Shown one piece after another: positions 1-8,405 of a stretch of 64,000 nucleotides of DNA; within the stretch, counting starts at the first letter, position 1, and each line of letters starts with the position of its first letter. Both the position numbers and the translations under genes were made by a program. The notes beneath the pieces are model-generated. The model had not been told where the DNA came from, did not search any database, and worked only from the letters and a program-made list of their open reading frames with translations. The DNA lies in assembly GCA_011524855.1 (NCBI GenBank), contig WTJK01000017.1, positions 13,054 to 77,053 of the forward strand, in the 5' to 3' direction. The stretch is from Methanobacteriota archaeon. GTDB lineage: Archaea > Thermoplasmatota > Poseidoniia > Poseidoniales > Poseidoniaceae.

Positions 1-1494
1 CATGAGTACGAAGGTGAGCGCTGGGTGTTTTCCAAAGGCAGCCTCGGTGGCTACGAGGGATTAGCAACCAGCAAGATCATTGGAAACGTCATCGTTCCGC
101 TCGAGGCCAATGATTGGGATGCTGTACTCGAACACAACAACACCATGGGCTCGCAAGCCATGCGCGTGATCGCCATTTTGGCCAAGAAGTTGGAACCCGA
201 AGCCGATGAGACCGATATTGCAACGGTTGAAAGCGACCTGACGTTCCTCGGATTGGTTGGCATCATGGACCCGCCGCGACCTGAGGTCAAGGCCGCCATC
301 GAAACTTGTCAGCGTGCGGGCATCAAAGTCAAGATGATCACGGGGGACCAAGCCATGACCGCCGCAGCCATCGGCGCCGAACTTGACATCAAATCAGGAG
401 CCGTACCTGCACTTGACGGCAAAACCCTGTCCAACATGGACAGCGATGCACTCGAAGAGGTGGCTCAGGATGTCTCGATTTATGCACGCGTCACGCCCGA
501 TCAAAAAATGAACATCGTTGCAGCACTCCAAGCGCGAGGTGAAATCGTTGCCATGACCGGTGATGGCGTGAACGATGCGCCAGCGCTCTCCAGGGCGAAC
601 ATCGGCATCGCCATGGGGGTCGCCGGAACCGACGTGGCCAAGGATGCTTCAGACATGGTGCTGCAGGATGACAATTTCGCCAACATCGTCCATGCTGTGG
701 AAGAAGGGCGTAAGATCTACCAAAACATACGCAACTTCGTTCGCTATCAGGTTTCAACCAACGTGGCTGCTGTGGCACTGATCATTGTGTCCACCTTCAT
801 TTTTGGGTGGTCCTTGCCGCTCACAGCCACCCAAATTTTGGTCATCAACATCCTGATGGACGGGCCGCCAGCCGTTGCCTTGGGTGTGGAAAAAGAGCAC
901 GGCAACGTGATGGAACAGCCCCCGAGACCGGTGGAAGAAAACCTCCCAAACGGAAAGGACATTTCCCTCATTTTCTACCTCGGTGCCGTCATGGTCACCG
1001 GGACGCTCGCTGTGTTCTTCCTTGCGGGCGGCGGATTGGCGCAATGCGAAATTCTTCCCACTGAGGCTTCCACCACGGCGTTTGACGTGGCAGCCTGCGA
1101 GGCGGGTGATGAAGCTGCCATACAAGCGTGGCAGGATTACGCTGACGGTCATTTCGAACACGCACAAACGATGGCCTTTGCCGTGTTCATCGTGTTCCAA
1201 TTGTTCAACGTGATCAACTGCCGATCCAATGACCAAAGCGTGTTTGAACTCGGGTTGTTCTCCAACAAAGCCATCAATTACGCGCTGATGATTTCGGGTG
1301 GATTGCTGCTCTTCTTTGTTCAACTGGCTGACGCATCCATTCCACTGACAAGCATCGAGATTGGCTCGTTGCTTTCCACAACCACCATCACCCTCAACGA
1401 TTGGGTCATCGTCGTGCTTGTCGCATCTGGCGTGTTCATCATTGAAGAATTCCGCAAATTGCTGGTGAAATCAAAGCTGTTCTCTGTTCGTTGA
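1..1494 (+). CDS. P-type cation-transporting ATPase (Ca2+/cation type), C-terminal portion. The 5' end is truncated by the window edge.
   Basis: Reading frame is open from nt 1. Contains the P-type hinge motifs 'MITGDQAMTAAAIGAELDI' and 'GDGVNDAPAL', followed by several C-terminal TM helices. Confidence 0.85.
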   Translation, partial: HEYEGERWVFSKGSLGGYEGLATSKIIGNVIVPLEANDWDAVLEHNNTMGSQAMRVIAILAKKLEPEADETDIATVESDLTFLGLVGIMDPPRPEVKAAIETCQRAGIKVKMITGDQAMTAAAIGAELDIKSGAVPALDGKTLSNMDSDALEEVAQDVSIYARVTPDQKMNIVAALQARGEIVAMTGDGVNDAPALSRANIGIAMGVAGTDVAKDASDMVLQDDNFANIVHAVEEGRKIYQNIRNFVRYQVSTNVAAVALIIVSTFIFGWSLPLTATQILVINILMDGPPAVALGVEKEHGNVMEQPPRPVEENLPNGKDISLIFYLGAVMVTGTLAVFFLAGGGLAQCEILPTEASTTAFDVAACEAGDEAAIQAWQDYADGHFEHAQTMAFAVFIVFQLFNVINCRSNDQSVFELGLFSNKAINYALMISGGLLLFFVQLADASIPLTSIEIGSLLSTTTITLNDWVIVVLVASGVFIIEEFRKLLVKSKLFSVR

Positions 1495-1542
1495 ACAAGG
1501 ACGGAAGCACACCTTCTTGAAGCGAAGGATGGACAGCGAGGT

Positions 1543-2739
1543 ATGGCAGTGGATGCGCTCGCTGGGGCCCACCCTGATTGGCCAGAGCGGCTGGCCGATT
1601 CACTCGGCTCGGTTCGATGGTCTTCGGTTCTGCAACCGATCGTTGAAAAATTGAAGCAGAACAGGCCGCTCACGGTCGATGATGGCCTGATGTTGTACCA
1701 CCACGCTGACCTCCATGAAGTGGGCCAACTCGCCCACCATGCACGGCTGGCTCGCTTCGGGCAGCGCACCTTCTTCAACGCCAATGTCCACGTCAACCAA
1801 ACCAATGTCTGCGTCCTCGCATGCAAGTTTTGCGCCTTTCGACGAGGCCCAAAAGCCAAGGACGCCTATGCCATGGAGGTTCAGGAATACATCGAGGATG
1901 TCGGCAAGTACGCCCCTCACGTCGATGAGGTTCACTCCGTTGGCGGTCTTCACCCAGAATGGGATGTCCACCACTACGTGGCGATGTTTGAGGGCGTGCG
2001 TGCTTTGCATCCACACGTGAGCCTCAAGGCGCTGACGGCGGTGGAAATCAAACATCTCGCCCAACAATCAGACATCTCAACCAAAGAGGTGCTTCAGCGA
2101 TTGAAGGATGCTGGCCTGACATCCTTGCCCGGCGGGGGTGCAGAGATCCTCGATGATGATGTCCGAGCCCACATTTGCAACGGGAAGGAAAGTTCCGAAG
2201 AGTACCTCCGTATCCACCAAGAGGCCCACGAAATTGGCCTCCCCTCGAATTGTACCATGCTGTTCGGCACCGTGGAATCGCTTGAGCAACGTTTGAGTCA
2301 CATGATTTCCCTTCGTCAGCTTCAATCCACGACCGGGGGATTCCAATGCTTCGTCCCCTATCCCTTCTTACCGGATGCGTCCCGATTGCCCGAAGCTCAA
2401 CTGGCAACGGCAGCAGAAGTTGTCCGCACCATCGCTGTTTCAAGGCTCATGCTCAACAACATTCCCCACATCAAGGCCTACCGCATGAACATCGGCGACC
2501 ACCTTGCCGAATTGGCGCTCCAATTTGGTGCGGATGACATTGACGGGACCGTTCAGAAAGAATCCATCATGCACCTTGCTGGTTCGACGGCACCGTTGGA
2601 CCACGACCGTAACAACCTGGCACGTTTGATCCGTGATGCTGGTGGCGAACCAATCCAACGCGACACGATTTACACCACGTTCACGCCCTATGTGCCGGTG
2701 GATGTGCCGTCCCGAATTTCGCTCCCCATGGCGTCCTGA
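1543..2739 (+). CDS. Radical SAM enzyme of the MqnE/MqnC family (aminofutalosine synthase or cyclic dehypoxanthinyl-futalosine synthase).
   Basis: Motif 'NANVHVNQTNVCVLACKFCAF' carries the Cx3Cx2C cluster typical of MqnC/MqnE/CofH. The gene sits immediately upstream of mqnA and mqnD. Confidence 0.7.
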   Translation: MAVDALAGAHPDWPERLADSLGSVRWSSVLQPIVEKLKQNRPLTVDDGLMLYHHADLHEVGQLAHHARLARFGQRTFFNANVHVNQTNVCVLACKFCAFRRGPKAKDAYAMEVQEYIEDVGKYAPHVDEVHSVGGLHPEWDVHHYVAMFEGVRALHPHVSLKALTAVEIKHLAQQSDISTKEVLQRLKDAGLTSLPGGGAEILDDDVRAHICNGKESSEEYLRIHQEAHEIGLPSNCTMLFGTVESLEQRLSHMISLRQLQSTTGGFQCFVPYPFLPDASRLPEAQLATAAEVVRTIAVSRLMLNNIPHIKAYRMNIGDHLAELALQFGADDIDGTVQKESIMHLAGSTAPLDHDRNNLARLIRDAGGEPIQRDTIYTTFTPYVPVDVPSRISLPMAS

Positions 2740-2750
2740 GGTGTTCACGG

Positions 2751-3542
2751 ATGTCGACGTGGTCAACGACCTTGGGCAGGGTAGCGTTCATCAATTGCGA
2801 CCCGTTGTTCCACGAATTGGACCCTTCCTGGAACGTGCTCGCTGCACCCCCTGCTTGGCTGACAGGTCACGTGCTCCGACGTGATTGCATCGTTGCTCCG
2901 GTACCAGCAGCGGACTATGCCAAGCACCACGATGAACTGGTGCTTCTCCCTGACATCGGTATCGGCTCCGAGGGCGAGGTGGGCAGCGTGCTCTTGTTCG
3001 GAGCACAGCCAATCGAGTCCATGAAAACCATTGCCCTTCCTTCGGATTCTGCGTCGTCCGTGGCGTTGCTCAAACACTTGCTGAAGACGCAGGGTCTTCC
3101 CATGAATTACATCACGACAGGGCCCGATTACGAACTCATGTTGGGCCGTGCGGATGGCGCTCTGCTCATCGGTGACCGCGCATTGGAAGTTGCCAAAGCC
3201 TTCCCCGACATGGTTCGCTTGGACTTGGGTCAAGCGTGGCTGGACCGCCATCAGTTGCCGATGATTTTCGGTGTCTTTGTGGCTCGAAAGGACACGCCCC
3301 TGCACCTTGTTCAAGCCGCTCATCAAGCGCTTCTCGCCAACCTCGAAGGCTTTGAAAACGATTCGGCCAAACGGCACGCCGTGATTGAGTGGTCGATGAC
3401 AAGGTCTGACCTCTCGTTTGAGCGTCTCGACCAGTACTACGGCGAGGTGTTCAACCGATTGAATTCACACCATGTGAAAGGTCTCAAAACCTTCCTCCGT
3501 GAAGCGTGCGAACTGGATGACGAACCCGAGTTTGCATGGTGA
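2751..3542 (+). CDS. mqnA: Chorismate dehydratase MqnA (futalosine pathway).
   Basis: N-terminal 'GRVAFINCDPLFHEL' matches the MqnA signature (I/V-x-x-L-N-C-x-P). Clustered with MqnD and a radical-SAM Mqn enzyme. Confidence 0.7.
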   Translation: MSTWSTTLGRVAFINCDPLFHELDPSWNVLAAPPAWLTGHVLRRDCIVAPVPAADYAKHHDELVLLPDIGIGSEGEVGSVLLFGAQPIESMKTIALPSDSASSVALLKHLLKTQGLPMNYITTGPDYELMLGRADGALLIGDRALEVAKAFPDMVRLDLGQAWLDRHQLPMIFGVFVARKDTPLHLVQAAHQALLANLEGFENDSAKRHAVIEWSMTRSDLSFERLDQYYGEVFNRLNSHHVKGLKTFLREACELDDEPEFAW

Positions 3543-3584
3543 TGAAAACGGTTGGTTCATGAAGGTCGGTTCGGTGGACAAAGC

Positions 3585-4463
3585 ATGGTCGTAGAATTGC
3601 CTTTGGACGAGGACGGAAATAAAATCGTGCGAATTGGCCATAGCCCGGACCCCGACGATGCGTTCATGTTCCACGCCATGACGACGGGCGCCTTTCCTAC
3701 CCCTGGATACACCTTCGTTCATGAACTCCAAGACATCGAGACCTTGAACCACCGTGCGATGAACCAAGACCTCGAAGTGTCAGCGGTCTCCATTCATGCC
3801 TATCCGGAAATCGCCGAGCACTATGCTTTGATGAATTGCGGCGCTTCCATGGGTGAGGGATACGGGCCCATGATCGTGTGCAAACAAGGCGTCACGGAGG
3901 AAGCGGCTCGAGCGGCCACCATCGCCGTGCCCGGCCTCAAAACCAGTGCCTACCTCGGATTGCGCTTGGCATGGGGGGATTGCACGGTTGAGGTTGTGCC
4001 CTTTGACGAGATCATCCCTCGCATTCTTGATGATACGTACCTCTCAGGTTTGATCATTCACGAAGGTCAGTTGACCTACGTCGACCACGATTTGGACGTT
4101 CTCATCGACCTTGGGAAGTGGTGGAACGCCTCGACCGACAACTGGCCCATGCCCCTCGGTGGTAACGTGGTTCGGCGAGACCTGGGCGAACAGGTGATGC
4201 AAGACATCACCCGGTACACCAAGATGAGCATCGAACACGCCATCAATTCACCCGATGATGCCTTGGAGTTTGCCAAAGCCTGGGGGCGAGGAATCGATGA
4301 TGACACCAACAAGGAGTTCGTCGGAATGTACGTGAACGACCGCACCATTGACTACCGGGATGAGGGGCGAGCATCGATCAGGAAATTCATCAACGATGGA
4401 CAAGCCATTGGTATGATTCGACCTGATTTTGACGTCCAGACCATTGACTTCATCGGCGCCTGA
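3585..4463 (+). CDS. mqnD: 1,4-dihydroxy-6-naphthoate synthase MqnD.
   Basis: Motif 'IGHSPDPDDAFMFHAMTTG' matches the MqnD 'GHSPCPNDTFMF' signature. Start is set at an internal ATG (MVVELPL...); an upstream alternative start at 3552 is possible. Confidence 0.75.
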   Translation: MVVELPLDEDGNKIVRIGHSPDPDDAFMFHAMTTGAFPTPGYTFVHELQDIETLNHRAMNQDLEVSAVSIHAYPEIAEHYALMNCGASMGEGYGPMIVCKQGVTEEAARAATIAVPGLKTSAYLGLRLAWGDCTVEVVPFDEIIPRILDDTYLSGLIIHEGQLTYVDHDLDVLIDLGKWWNASTDNWPMPLGGNVVRRDLGEQVMQDITRYTKMSIEHAINSPDDALEFAKAWGRGIDDDTNKEFVGMYVNDRTIDYRDEGRASIRKFINDGQAIGMIRPDFDVQTIDFIGA

Positions 4464-4514
4464 GGTGGGAGCATCGTCAACGCACCGGTACCTCAAGTAA
4501 GTCAATACGGCTCG

Positions 4515-4958
4515 GTGGACCCTGCTCCGCCCCAACCGAAGGGTGACGTTTTGGCATGGCGTACCACGCTCCTCGACGAGTCCTCCCCCATGTTCCAGCG
4601 CATGCGGGCGGTGTTTTCCCTGCGGAATCAGCGGTCTGACGAGGCATGCTTGGCCCTCTGTGACGGTTTCGTCGCGACCAGTGCATTGCTGCGTCATGAA
4701 ATTGCCTACGTACTCGGTCAGATGCAAAACAACGTCGCCCTGCCATCGCTGATCGAGCGACTTGAGGATGCCGACGAGCATGTCATGGTGCGTCACGAAG
4801 CAGCCGAAGCCATGGGGGCCATCGGCGATGTGTCCATCGTCCCTGTGCTGAGAAAGCACGCTCAAGATCCACTGCCAGAAGTATCAGAATCGTGCGATGT
4901 CGCTCTGGATTTACTGAAATGGGTGGCCAGCGCAGAATTTGAAAACGCCGAGTGGTGA
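4515..4958 (+). CDS. Half-length deoxyhypusine hydroxylase (DOHH)-like HEAT-repeat protein with two His-Glu motifs.
   Basis: 'ALLRHEIAYVLGQMQ' and 'MVRHEAAEAMGAIGD' match the DOHH HE-motif repeats. 'FQRMRAVFSLRN' and 'VSESCDVALDLLKW' match DOHH inter-repeat segments. The protein is only 147 aa, about half a eukaryotic DOHH. Confidence 0.55.
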   Translation: MDPAPPQPKGDVLAWRTTLLDESSPMFQRMRAVFSLRNQRSDEACLALCDGFVATSALLRHEIAYVLGQMQNNVALPSLIERLEDADEHVMVRHEAAEAMGAIGDVSIVPVLRKHAQDPLPEVSESCDVALDLLKWVASAEFENAEW

Positions 4959-5018
4959 GGAAGTTCTTCCCTCAAGTTCAAAGACTCAAACCAACACGAA
5001 ACATCAGGAAGGGTTTGC

Positions 5019-5228
5019 ATGCCACACGAACACGTCCAACTCGCCCAAGCGCCCAACGGTGAACTTGGCCCACGATGTCACACTTGCGGTATGCGTCTCA
5101 CGTTCGGTAACGCTATGGTGGTGGACAAGCACTACATGTGCTGGGAGCACTATGTTGAGGCCACTGGGGCCGATACGGTCACCAAGGTTGCTGCCGCAGA
5201 CGAGCGCTTCTGGATGAAGCAGGACTAA
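5019..5228 (+). CDS. Small hypothetical protein with a putative Cys/His metal site (CxxC...C..H).
   Basis: A 69-aa ORF in an otherwise uncovered gap between the DOHH-like gene and priS. 'RCHTCGMRLTFGNAMVVDKHYMCWEHY' looks like a zinc-ribbon-type motif. Confidence 0.3.
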   Translation: MPHEHVQLAQAPNGELGPRCHTCGMRLTFGNAMVVDKHYMCWEHYVEATGADTVTKVAAADERFWMKQD

Positions 5229-5278
5229 TCGGACGGTTCATGTAGCCTCGTCGGACCATTCCGAACGGGGCGACCACA

Positions 5279-6481
5279 TTGTCAGCAGGCTGGGCGAGGT
5301 TTGCACACCGGTTCAGCCAATACTACCGTCATGCCGATTTGTGGTCCCCACCGAGGGTGCGAACGCGAGAATGGATGTTCATCCCGTTCGGCGGCGCACC
5401 CCCCTTGCGTCACAAGGCGTTCTCGGCTGTCAACGACGTGCGCTCCTTTTTGAGCGAACGCGCCATGCATTCCTGTTTCTATTCTACCGCGTATTGGAAA
5501 CGACCGTATGAAATGAAGATGGCAGACAAAGGCTGGCATGGAGCAGACTTGATTTTCGACCTCGACGGCGACCACCTGCCAGGCGTCACGGATCGTGATT
5601 TTCCCGCCATGCTTGAGGTGATTCAAGAGCAGGCATGGACCCTTTGGAACGACTTTCTCCAGCCTGAATTTGGCTTTGAGGAACGTTACCTCCAAGTCAC
5701 GTTTTCAGGCCATCGGGGGTTCCATTTGCACTACCGAGACCCCAAATTCTTTCACCTCGATTCCGAAGCTCGCCGGGAACTTGTTGCTCACATCCGAGGA
5801 GAGGGTGTTGACGTTCAAGGAGGGCTTGCACGATTCAAAGATGCAGATGCGCAAGGGTGGACTCGCCGCTTGCGGTCTGGCATGGGTGACATGGTAGCGA
5901 CCCTCAGCAACATCAACCGTGGCGTTGAAGGTGCGTCAAGCGAATTGAAGCGGTTGGAAGCCTCGCTCAAAGAGCTCCAAGAGCGTGAAGGAAAGACCTC
6001 CCAAACAACCGCTGATTCCATTCGCAAATTGGCAGCACTGGTTGACCACCCCGACCGTTCCAAGCGATTAATGGAGGGTCGTTTCGACCTCCTGTCCAAT
6101 TACCAAGCACTGTTCTTGAATTTGCTCAAGTCGGACGCTTCGGTCGTCCTTGGCTCTGCGGGTGAAACAGATGAGGTGGTGACCATTGATGTGCGGCGTC
6201 AGATCCGTTGGCCATCATCCCTCCACGGCAAATCTGGAATGCGGGTCACGGAATTCCCGTTGGATCGGCTTGACCCCGACAAATCAACCTCATTCAATCC
6301 GTTGAAAGAAGCGTTCGTTCTGGGCCTTGATGAACAGGTGGAAGTGGAATTCACCGTGGATGATGCGGTGGCCCAATTCGGTGACCGCCGAATTGAGACC
6401 AAAGCCGGCCATCGTATCCGAACCCATGAATCGGGTGCCACGTTTTTGGTGATGAAAGGCTGGGCCAACATCGTGCCGTGA
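5279..6481 (+). CDS. priS: DNA primase small (catalytic) subunit PriS.
   Basis: Catalytic motifs 'ADLIFDLDGDH' (DxD) and 'FSGHRGFHLHY' (SGxRG.H), with a PriS-like N-terminus 'FAHRFSQYYRH...REWMFIPFGG...RHKAF'. Confidence 0.75.
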   Translation: MSAGWARFAHRFSQYYRHADLWSPPRVRTREWMFIPFGGAPPLRHKAFSAVNDVRSFLSERAMHSCFYSTAYWKRPYEMKMADKGWHGADLIFDLDGDHLPGVTDRDFPAMLEVIQEQAWTLWNDFLQPEFGFEERYLQVTFSGHRGFHLHYRDPKFFHLDSEARRELVAHIRGEGVDVQGGLARFKDADAQGWTRRLRSGMGDMVATLSNINRGVEGASSELKRLEASLKELQEREGKTSQTTADSIRKLAALVDHPDRSKRLMEGRFDLLSNYQALFLNLLKSDASVVLGSAGETDEVVTIDVRRQIRWPSSLHGKSGMRVTEFPLDRLDPDKSTSFNPLKEAFVLGLDEQVEVEFTVDDAVAQFGDRRIETKAGHRIRTHESGATFLVMKGWANIVP

Positions 6482-6558
6482 CAGAGGGCCGCGAAGCCCC
6501 CTGCCGTGACCTCGGATGAGGGAAGGTTCAAGGCTGGTTTGCCCTCCCTCCAAACGAG

Positions 6559-7542
6559 GTGCGTGAGATGGGGCTCCGTCGTGGCAAGAAATCCAAGAAC
6601 GCAACGAACAACGAATCGTTGCCTCCTGCCCCGCTCCCGATGCCCGGTGAACTGCCACCCATGCCCCTTCCGGGACAAATGCCAGCGCCCTTGCCCGATA
6701 TGCCGCTCCCCCCAGCGGCGAACGGCGCCCCTGAACCCCTTCCACTGCCCGATGCACCCCCCACCGAGGCTGCACCTGCGTCGCTGTCCGAGAAAGTCGA
6801 GTCCTCCGACTACGGAGCCCTCTGGGCCAAGCGCTCGGAAAAGCCCCTCCAACAAATCTACGGCCACATCGATCGAATCAGCAATCAAGAGGCGGGCTCC
6901 CTGCTTGACCGATACGCTGACCGGTTCGGCCATTCGTTGGACCGAGAAATCATCGTGATGCGAAAGGCATCCCTCGAGGAAAAACACGCCGAGGTTCGCG
7001 ACGCCCCAACGGTTGAATTGATCGGCGAAGAAGAACCAGTTGAGGATCTTTCGCCGGCCGAAGAGCTGAAAGCGGTCGAGGACGAACTGCGGCAACTCAA
7101 GCCGCTGTACCAGACGGCCAAGGCCAACGGTGATTCAGCCTCCCTTGCTGAACTCAAACCCGTGCTTCAGGAATTGATGAACCGTCGAAAGGAACTCAAG
7201 GGCGGTCAAACGAGCAGCGCACCGGTCGTGGCCGTGGCCGAGGCTGCAGGCGACAGCGAGATGGACGCTCTCTTCGAACAATTTGTGCATTTGGCAAACG
7301 ATTTGCTCGGCGACCATCTTCCGGAATCCATCGTGACCGAATTCATGAACAGTCCAGGATTTGACTTGCTCAAAACCGTCCACGCTGCACCCACCGAGAC
7401 CACGGACACGACACGTTCAGAATTTTATGCGATGGTGGACGACCTCCTGGGCAACATGTCCGAGGAATCCATCAATGCCTTCGTGGCATCCCCCGATTTC
7501 GACATTTACCGCCAAGTCGGTGAAGCGTACAAAGGAGCGTGA
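6559..7542 (+). CDS. Hypothetical protein with a proline-rich (PxLP/MPLP) N-terminal region and an internal duplicated ~25-aa segment.
   Basis: 'LPPAPLPMPGELPPMPLPGQMPAPLPDMPLPPAANGAPEPLPLPDAPP'. The segments 'LGDHLPESIVTEFMNSPGFDLLKTV' and 'LGNMSEESINAFVASPDFDIYRQV' are near-repeats. The stop overlaps the start of the next gene. Confidence 0.5.
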   Translation: MREMGLRRGKKSKNATNNESLPPAPLPMPGELPPMPLPGQMPAPLPDMPLPPAANGAPEPLPLPDAPPTEAAPASLSEKVESSDYGALWAKRSEKPLQQIYGHIDRISNQEAGSLLDRYADRFGHSLDREIIVMRKASLEEKHAEVRDAPTVELIGEEEPVEDLSPAEELKAVEDELRQLKPLYQTAKANGDSASLAELKPVLQELMNRRKELKGGQTSSAPVVAVAEAAGDSEMDALFEQFVHLANDLLGDHLPESIVTEFMNSPGFDLLKTVHAAPTETTDTTRSEFYAMVDDLLGNMSEESINAFVASPDFDIYRQVGEAYKGA

Positions 7543-8399
7543 AAAGAATGGGATTGCTCGATAAAGCAGCAGCAGCAGGTGGAAACGAAACGGCTGCTGC
7601 GAAGCCGAAAGCTGCCGCAGCGGCAAAGGCAGTCGCCAAGGCAAAACCTGCAGCCAAGGCCGCCAAAGCTGCCAAGGCAGCAAAAGCAGCAAAGGTCAAG
7701 GCACCGCGTGCCCGACCCGCGAGCCTTTCGGCAGATTTTGAACTCGCTTCCAGCATGAATCGCCGAATTTCCTGGTTGGTCAACTTCATCGTGAACTTTG
7801 GTGTGCTTTTCGCTGCGATCTTCATCGCTGCAGGGGACACCGGTGTGGTGACGACCATTCTGTTCGCTGTGAGCGGTGGCATCATCATCATCAACGTGAT
7901 TTTCATTCCCATGAAGTTCAGCCGGAACATCGGTCAATTTGTCTCTCGAACCAAATTTGTCCGTGGTGACGGTAAAAACCCGCTTTTCCTTCACGGAATC
8001 CTGGTGAACTCGACCGGTCTATCTGCTCTGATCGGTGTGATCATGATTGCGACGCAATTCCAAAAGTTGTCCGAGGAAGACAACACCACCGCGATCATCC
8101 TCTTTTCCCTTGGTGCGCTCTTCCTGATTCTTTGGTTCATCGACCGCTTCCTCCGCAACGGCAGCGAAATGACCCAAGGTCTCTACGACCTGCTGTTTGG
8201 GGCCTACTTGGTGAAATACGTGCCGTCCGAGGAGGAGCGCGCGACAGGTGTCTGGGCTCGACTTGAAAACATGGGGAATTTCGGCGACCAACTGCTTGAG
8301 CGTCAAGAAAAGCGTGCTGCCAAAGCGGCCCAAAAAGCCGCAAAGGCGGAAGAAAAGGCGGCGGAGAACGAAGGCTCAAGTGAAGAATCCACCGAGTGA
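7539..8399 (+). CDS. Membrane protein (RDD-like?) with Lys/Ala-repeat N- and C-terminal tails.
   Basis: N-terminus 'AAKPKAAAAAKAVAKAKPAAKAAKAAKAAKAAKVKAPR'. At least three predicted TM helices. C-terminus 'EKRAAKAAQKAAKAEEKAAENE'. GTG start overlaps the upstream stop (GTGA); an ATG alternative lies 9 nt downstream. Confidence 0.5.
   Translation: MKRMGLLDKAAAAGGNETAAAKPKAAAAAKAVAKAKPAAKAAKAAKAAKAAKVKAPRARPASLSADFELASSMNRRISWLVNFIVNFGVLFAAIFIAAGDTGVVTTILFAVSGGIIIINVIFIPMKFSRNIGQFVSRTKFVRGDGKNPLFLHGILVNSTGLSALIGVIMIATQFQKLSEEDNTTAIILFSLGALFLILWFIDRFLRNGSEMTQGLYDLLFGAYLVKYVPSEEERATGVWARLENMGNFGDQLLERQEKRAAKAAQKAAKAEEKAAENEGSSEESTE
7585..7725 (+). repeat. GCN/AAR trinucleotide-rich coding repeat encoding (K/A)n.
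   Basis: A run of gca/gcc/gcg/aag/aaa codons ('gcagccaaggccgccaaagctgccaaggcagcaaaagcagcaaag'). Its mirror gives spurious Ala-rich antisense ORFs. Confidence 0.6.
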
Positions 8400-8405
8400 C
8401 CCCGC

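Noticed and set aside
754-1323. A 189-aa minus-strand ORF (and several 60-100-aa ORFs) antisense to the P-type ATPase gene.
   Set aside because: It is fully embedded antisense in a strongly supported CDS. Its composition is biased (R/H/G-rich), typical of spurious ORFs in high-GC DNA.
7472-7994. Two overlapping minus-strand Ala/Cys-rich ORFs (152 and 162 aa) opposite the KA-repeat region.
   Set aside because: They are mirror-image artefacts of the GCN/AAR coding repeat on the plus strand.
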